DNA of 31,426 nucleotides from a candidate division FCPU426 bacterium (GTDB lineage Bacteria; Oederibacteriota; JAAXVQ01; JAUVAV01): NCBI GenBank assembly GCA_030637655.1, contig DAOWGI010000065.1, positions 1 to 31,426 of the forward strand, read 5' to 3'. Shown piece by piece: positions 26,451 to 31,426 of this stretch (position 1 is its first letter; each line of letters starts with the position of its first letter). The notes under the pieces were generated by a model. It saw only the letters and a program-made list of their open reading frames with translations, ran no database searches and was not told where the DNA came from. The position numbers and the translations under genes were made by a program.

Positions 26451-27438
26451 ACGTGATCCGACGTATGAGCAGGAATTTGAAAAAGCCATCGAACTGATCA
26501 ATACCAATCAGGACTTTGTTATTACCACGCATATCAACCCGGATGGTGACGGCTTAGGCAGCGAATCCGCCTTATTGTTGGCGCTAACCAGCATGGGAAA
26601 AAAGGTAACTGTCGTGAATGTCAATCCAACTCCGGTTCTATATCATTTTCTGCCTGAACGGGAACAGTTTCAGGTAGCTGATAAACATACCGAAAAACAC
26701 GATGTGGCTATTTTTTTGGAATGCCCGGATGAGGCGCGAAGCGGAAGTGTGCTAAATCTGCCCGACGGGGTCAAACATGTTATTAATATTGATCACCACG
26801 TGTTTAATTCCCGCTATGGAACGGTTAACTTAATTGATCCCACGGCCGCCGCAGCCGGTGAACAAATTTGGGATTTGTTGTGCGCTCTGGATTGTCAACG
26901 AAACAAGCGGATGGCCATTGGGTTGTATACTGCCATTGCTACTGATACCGGCCATTTTAAATATGCCGGTGTCACTCCACGCACACATCAGATCATAGCC
27001 GAATTGATCGGCCTGGGTGTACAACCCAGCTACATGAATGAACAATTGTACGAACGGGTTCCGGGGGAAGGCCTGCAGCTCTTGGCCATAGGACTTTGCC
27101 AGGTCAAATACAACGCGTCTAAAAATGTGGGGTGGTTTGCTATAACGCAAGACATGCTTAAACAAGCCAAGGCCCGGGCAAATCAGACTGAAAATTTCGT
27201 GAATTACGTACGAGCGGTGGATGGAGTGGAAGTGGCTATCTTCTTTTTGGAGACTACAGAAAATAAGATTAAAGTATCGTTTCGCTCACGCGGAGCAGTG
27301 GATGTATCCACCATTGCCCATCAATTTGGTGGTGGAGGCCATCAGCGCGCGGCCGGCGCTTTGTTGCCAGGGCCTTTAGAAACAGCACAAGCACGCGTAT
27401 TGGCAGAAGTGGGAACTCGCGTTAACGGTTGTGTCTAA
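26431..27438 (+). CDS. nrnA: DHH/DHHA1 phosphoesterase (NrnA-like oligoribonuclease/pAp phosphatase)
   Basis: HINPDGDGLGS, NIDHH, ATDTGHF, SFRS, GGGGHQRAAG; AGGAG RBS. Confidence 0.92.
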   Translation: MVEQKLKRDPTYEQEFEKAIELINTNQDFVITTHINPDGDGLGSESALLLALTSMGKKVTVVNVNPTPVLYHFLPEREQFQVADKHTEKHDVAIFLECPDEARSGSVLNLPDGVKHVINIDHHVFNSRYGTVNLIDPTAAAAGEQIWDLLCALDCQRNKRMAIGLYTAIATDTGHFKYAGVTPRTHQIIAELIGLGVQPSYMNEQLYERVPGEGLQLLAIGLCQVKYNASKNVGWFAITQDMLKQAKARANQTENFVNYVRAVDGVEVAIFFLETTENKIKVSFRSRGAVDVSTIAHQFGGGGHQRAAGALLPGPLETAQARVLAEVGTRVNGCV

Positions 27439-27441
27439 ATC

Positions 27442-28344
27442 ATGATATCCGGCATGCTGCCCTTGCAAAAACCGGCAGGGCCATCTTCAGCAGCAATCGT
27501 AGGACGGGTCAAACGCTTGACCAAGCTTGGCCGCGTAGGACATGCCGGAACCCTGGATCCTGCGGCCGAAGGCGTATTGGTTATAGCCTTCAATCGCGCT
27601 ACTCGTCTGATTCCTTTTCTTCCTACTGACAAATCCTATCATGCCATTGTTCGCCTGGGGATTACTACCGATAGTCTGGATGCGGTTGGGACCGTACAAC
27701 AGAAAAAAAAAGTGCCGGATATATCCGCGACGGATATCGCAGCCGCTTTACAGCGTTTTGTTGGACCTCAAATGCAAAAACCACCACTAATTTCAGCACG
27801 TCATCATCAAGGGATTCGCTTATACCAACGCGCGCGTATGGGTGAGGTTATTGAACCAACTCCAACGGCAATAGAATTCTACCGTTTGCAATTGCTTTCC
27901 TGGCAGAGCCCGGATATTGAATTTGAGGTGGATTGTTCACGGGGAACTTACATTCGTTCCTTGGCGCGTGATCTGGGAGCGTGTTTTGGGTGTGGAGCTC
28001 ACCTGTATCGATTGCAGAGAACCCTATGTAGTGGTTTTTCCCTGGAGGAATCGCTTTCATGGGAAAGCCTGGAAAACATTCTTCAGCACGGTTGTTTGTC
28101 CGAAGTGATGGTATCGCCGGCTCAAGCCTTGCGCCAACTGCCGGACCTTACGGTAGAAAAAGCAGTGCAGCAGGCTGTGCAAAATGGATGCAGAATTCTC
28201 TTGCCCGAGAGCAAAGAAATATATCGTGATACGTGGTATCGCATTCTGGATTTGCAAGGGCGCTTGCTGGCTATTGCCCGGCCGGAAGCAATGGAAATGA
28301 AAATGGAGCGAGTACTTTGTCCATCTGACGAGGAGCGGCTATGA
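27442..28344 (+). CDS. truB: tRNA pseudouridine(55) synthase
   Basis: VGHAGTLDP, G.TTDSLD, CSRGTYIRSLARDLG. Confidence 0.96.
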   Translation: MISGMLPLQKPAGPSSAAIVGRVKRLTKLGRVGHAGTLDPAAEGVLVIAFNRATRLIPFLPTDKSYHAIVRLGITTDSLDAVGTVQQKKKVPDISATDIAAALQRFVGPQMQKPPLISARHHQGIRLYQRARMGEVIEPTPTAIEFYRLQLLSWQSPDIEFEVDCSRGTYIRSLARDLGACFGCGAHLYRLQRTLCSGFSLEESLSWESLENILQHGCLSEVMVSPAQALRQLPDLTVEKAVQQAVQNGCRILLPESKEIYRDTWYRILDLQGRLLAIARPEAMEMKMERVLCPSDEERL

Positions 28345-29294
28345 AAGTATTTCGAGGGTTACCCCGACTATCCGATAAAGGCCGTGTTATTACACTCGGG
28401 GTTTTTGATGGTGTGCATCTTGGGCACGCGAAAATAATACAGACCTGCACCCGGATTGCCAAACGCCTGGGATTACCAGCCGCGGTCATTACCTTTGCTG
28501 ATCATCCGCATACCACCTTGGCGCCACACCGACGGCCTCCACGTTTGGCCACTCCGGAGCAATGCTTGAATCGCATGCAACAGCTGCAGCTGGACGAAGT
28601 CTTTCTGGTCAAGTTTACGCAGCGCCTGGCCCAGACCGAAGCGGAAATGTTTGTGCGGCGGGTGTTGGTAAAACGTTTGCAGACGCGGCAGGTTGTGGTG
28701 GGACAGGATTTTATTTTTGGCAAAGGCGGGAAAGGAAACATAGCACTTATACGTCGGATTGGCCGGGAAGTAGGATTTGGGGTGACCATGATCAAACCCC
28801 TGAAACAAGGAGGAACGATTATCAGTTCCAGTGGGTTGCGATCCATGGTCGCTCAGGGAAAGGTCGCTCAAGCCCACCGCCGGCTGGGTTGGTCTTATGC
28901 GTTACATGGGATAATCACGAAAGGGGACGGACGCGGTACTCAGATCGGATTGCCCACAGCCAATCTGCGCACTAATCATGAGATTGTGCCGGCACCCGGC
29001 ACCTACGTAGTGGAAGCCTATTTGGAGAATATGGCTTGGCCGGCCTTATGTCATATCGGAAAACGACCGACCTTTCATAAGTGGGGTCCGGAAACCATAG
29101 AGATTCATATTCCCGGTTGGGCCGGCAATTTGTATCACAAACAAATGATCGTGGGATTTTTGTCCCGCTTGCGGGAGGAACGTCATTTTAAAAATGCGCA
29201 GGCACTGGTGCGCCAGGTAAAAAAAGATTGTAAAAAAGCACAGAGCATATGGACAAAATATCATAAACGCACTACAATAACAGACTTTAAGTAG
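28341..29294 (+). CDS. ribF: Bifunctional riboflavin kinase / FAD synthetase
   Basis: GVFDGVHLGH, VGQDFIFG, ISSS, GLPTAN, LREERHF. Confidence 0.96.
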   Translation: MKVFRGLPRLSDKGRVITLGVFDGVHLGHAKIIQTCTRIAKRLGLPAAVITFADHPHTTLAPHRRPPRLATPEQCLNRMQQLQLDEVFLVKFTQRLAQTEAEMFVRRVLVKRLQTRQVVVGQDFIFGKGGKGNIALIRRIGREVGFGVTMIKPLKQGGTIISSSGLRSMVAQGKVAQAHRRLGWSYALHGIITKGDGRGTQIGLPTANLRTNHEIVPAPGTYVVEAYLENMAWPALCHIGKRPTFHKWGPETIEIHIPGWAGNLYHKQMIVGFLSRLREERHFKNAQALVRQVKKDCKKAQSIWTKYHKRTTITDFK

Positions 29295-29326
29295 TCGAAT
29301 TAGTGCTTCCGGCAAAGGAGAAAAGA

Positions 29327-29680
29327 ATGAAAAAGCATGTGACTGTGGAGATCACTACACAGGGTGAGATTCAAATATTGAAAGTCACGGGTTTTATGGA
29401 CATGACAGAAGTCGGTCGTTTTGAACAAACCTTGGATCGGTTAATTATCGATCACAAAATTATGATGGTGCTGGATTTGGCTGAGTTGGAGTACATTTCT
29501 TCGGCCGGACTGGGTGCGATTATCGGCCGGATTCGGGAAGTACGGCGCCAAGAGGGAGATATCCGTATTGGCAGTTGCTCGGAACGTGTGATGGAAATAC
29601 TCAAAATATTCGGCTTTGCCGATGTCTTCCATATGTATAAGGATATGCAGCAAGCTATTCAAAGCTACCAAGGAAAATAA
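29327..29680 (+). CDS. STAS-domain anti-sigma-factor antagonist (RsbV/SpoIIAA-like)
   Basis: LDLAELEYISSAGLG phospho-Ser motif; AAGGAG RBS before ATG 29327. Confidence 0.92.
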   Translation: MKKHVTVEITTQGEIQILKVTGFMDMTEVGRFEQTLDRLIIDHKIMMVLDLAELEYISSAGLGAIIGRIREVRRQEGDIRIGSCSERVMEILKIFGFADVFHMYKDMQQAIQSYQGK

Positions 29681-31227
29681 TGAACCTTTCAAAACAAATG
29701 CCGAGTTCGAAAAGACATCACGCGATGGGATTGCGGTTAAAATTTTCCCTGGGAATGATTGTGCTTATTTGCATTGTTATGGGATTGGTCGGATTTGTTG
29801 TTCACTCCCATGTACAAACCGCCTTGCTCTCCCAGATGAGTAGCAAAGGAGTTGCCTTGGCACGGGGTTTGGCCGGCAATGCAGTGGAAGCTTTAACCAC
29901 CTCGGATCAATTACTTTTGGCGGAACTGGTCGATAAGGCAATTCATCAGGAAACGGGAATTAGTCATGCGGCCTTGGTGGATGAGAAATACACCGTGTTG
30001 GCGCATAGCGACTTTAAACAAGAAGGAAAACGTTACAGTATCCCGGATCAGGCTATGGTTGAGATCCGAGGCAGGAGTAAAATTTACGCGTATGCTATTG
30101 CAGGAAAAGCATGTTTGGATTTCGCTGTGCCGATTGTTTTTGAGGGGAAGCTGCAGAAAACCAAAAAGCAGTTGGGAACGGCACATCTGGTTTTTTTCCT
30201 CTCTCCGATTGAAGAGATTGTGGTTGGAACCCGGACCAAACTATTGTACATCACAGGCGCTGGAGTGCTACTGGGTATTTTGTTTGTGCTCTTCCTAGTG
30301 GATAGGATTGTGAGTCCGATTAATAGATTGACCAAAGGCGCAGAACAAATAGGAACCGGAAATTTGGACACTCGAATTCATATGCGCCGCAGAGATGAGT
30401 TGGGCCGTTTGGCAGATACTTTTAACCAAATGGCAGTGAATTTGAAACATGCGCAGGAAGAATTGATTGAGAAAGAACGGCTTCAGCATGAGATGGAGAT
30501 TGCGCAGGCGATTCAAAATCTTCTGGTTCCGAAATTCAGCCCAACAATTACCGGCTACTCAATAGGGAAATTGTATCGCAGCGCACAGGAAGTGAGTGGC
30601 GATTATTTTGATTTTTTTCAGCTAAGAAAGGGCTTCTGGGGCATGACAGTGGCGGATGTTTCCGGCAAAGGGGTGCCTGGGGGATTAGTTATGGCTCAAC
30701 TCCGTTCCGTCTTGCGCAGTATAGCCGGCGAGAGTCAATCACCGGCAAAGATTCTCTCACAGACCGAGTATCATTTAGCCCAGGACATGCGCGAAGATAT
30801 GTTTGTCACCATCTCATACATGATATTGGATCCGGAAAGAAAAAGCATCAGCCTGGCCCGGGCCGGTCATCCGGCTGCCATTATATATCGCAGTTTCACG
30901 CAAAAATGCGAATTGGAATTGCCCAATGGCGTAGCTATTGGAATTTCCCGCCCAGAGGTGTTTGATGAAGTGTTGGAAGAAAAAACGATCATTCTCAATC
31001 CGGGTGATTTTATATTATTGTATACGGATGGTGTGGATGAGGCCAACAATGCGGAGCAGGCGCTCTTTGGCGTGAAACGGATTTGTGACTGCCTGGTAGC
31101 CAATGCGGCCTTGCCTGCTCAAAAAATAATTGACCACTTGGATGCCCAAGTTCGTAAGTTTGCGGCCGGAATTGCACAGCAGGATGATATGACAATGATT
31201 TTGGTAAAAGTTGAGGAGGAGAATTAA
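29680..31227 (+). CDS. Membrane sensor PP2C phosphatase (2 TM + HAMP + SpoIIE domain, RsbU-like)
   Basis: Two TM helices, RRDELGRLADTFNQM HAMP, EVSGDYFD, ADVSGKG, LYTDGVDE, DDMT; TAATG coupling to the STAS gene. Confidence 0.93.
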   Translation: MNLSKQMPSSKRHHAMGLRLKFSLGMIVLICIVMGLVGFVVHSHVQTALLSQMSSKGVALARGLAGNAVEALTTSDQLLLAELVDKAIHQETGISHAALVDEKYTVLAHSDFKQEGKRYSIPDQAMVEIRGRSKIYAYAIAGKACLDFAVPIVFEGKLQKTKKQLGTAHLVFFLSPIEEIVVGTRTKLLYITGAGVLLGILFVLFLVDRIVSPINRLTKGAEQIGTGNLDTRIHMRRRDELGRLADTFNQMAVNLKHAQEELIEKERLQHEMEIAQAIQNLLVPKFSPTITGYSIGKLYRSAQEVSGDYFDFFQLRKGFWGMTVADVSGKGVPGGLVMAQLRSVLRSIAGESQSPAKILSQTEYHLAQDMREDMFVTISYMILDPERKSISLARAGHPAAIIYRSFTQKCELELPNGVAIGISRPEVFDEVLEEKTIILNPGDFILLYTDGVDEANNAEQALFGVKRICDCLVANAALPAQKIIDHLDAQVRKFAAGIAQQDDMTMILVKVEEEN

Positions 31228-31299
31228 GCGTGAATTGTAATCACAAGTGCAACATTTTATCATTTATTATTGAACTATAAAGACCTAAAGAAAAAGATC

Positions 31300-31413
31300 C
31301 ACCACAAAGGCACAAAGGACACTAAGATACACAAAGGAAAGCCTAAGATAGACCTTAATTATTAATCATTATGCTGCTTAGTGAACCTTTGTGGCCTTAG
31401 TGCCTTTGTGGTG
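31300..31413. repeat. Inverted-repeat element built from ~9-nt CAC(A/T)AAG units
   Basis: Left arm CACCACAAAGGCACAAAGGACACTAAGATACACAAAG (from 31300) pairs imperfectly with right arm CTTAGTGAACCTTTGTGGCCTTAGTGCCTTTGTGGTG (31377-31413). Confidence 0.8.
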
Positions 31414-31426
31414 AGTTTTTTAAGGA

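Noticed and set aside
31300-31413. CRISPR array
   Set aside because: Units are ~9 nt with no unique spacers, arranged as inverted arms; no cas genes.

Overview
Bacterial chromosomal window in two parts. The left part (1-16.4 kb) is accessory. It holds the 3' half of an anti-phage-type dCTP/dCMP deaminase with a small overlapping ORF, a TA-flanked MITE carrying a REP-like pair, an orphan BrnA antitoxin whose BrnT toxin appears reduced to a short remnant, and a single ~14.1-kb ORF (~4,700 aa). The giant protein reads as a modular membrane polyprotein: signal peptide, N-terminal IQDLH/EG/GGFH domain, a midasin-like run of 5-6 AAA+ modules (two with Walker A), an HExxH+EDxRxE domain, a duplicated LRR cassette, and an internally repeated beta-barrel-like insert with its own signal-peptide-like start. 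Four hydrophobic modules with CPBP/Abi-like E...FxxxH...HxxxN residues separate these blocks. This is the best candidate for an undescribed system. The right part (16.5-31.4 kb) is core genome: polC lacking the exonuclease insertion, murB, then nusA-infB-ylxP-rbfA-nrnA-truB-ribF preceded by a rimP-leader hairpin but no rimP, followed by a STAS + HAMP/PP2C pair. The large intergenic spacers are filled with nested inverted-repeat elements from shared families, some abutting stop codons. No rRNA, tRNA, CRISPR or transposase was seen. All calls come from motif reading only; no searches were run.
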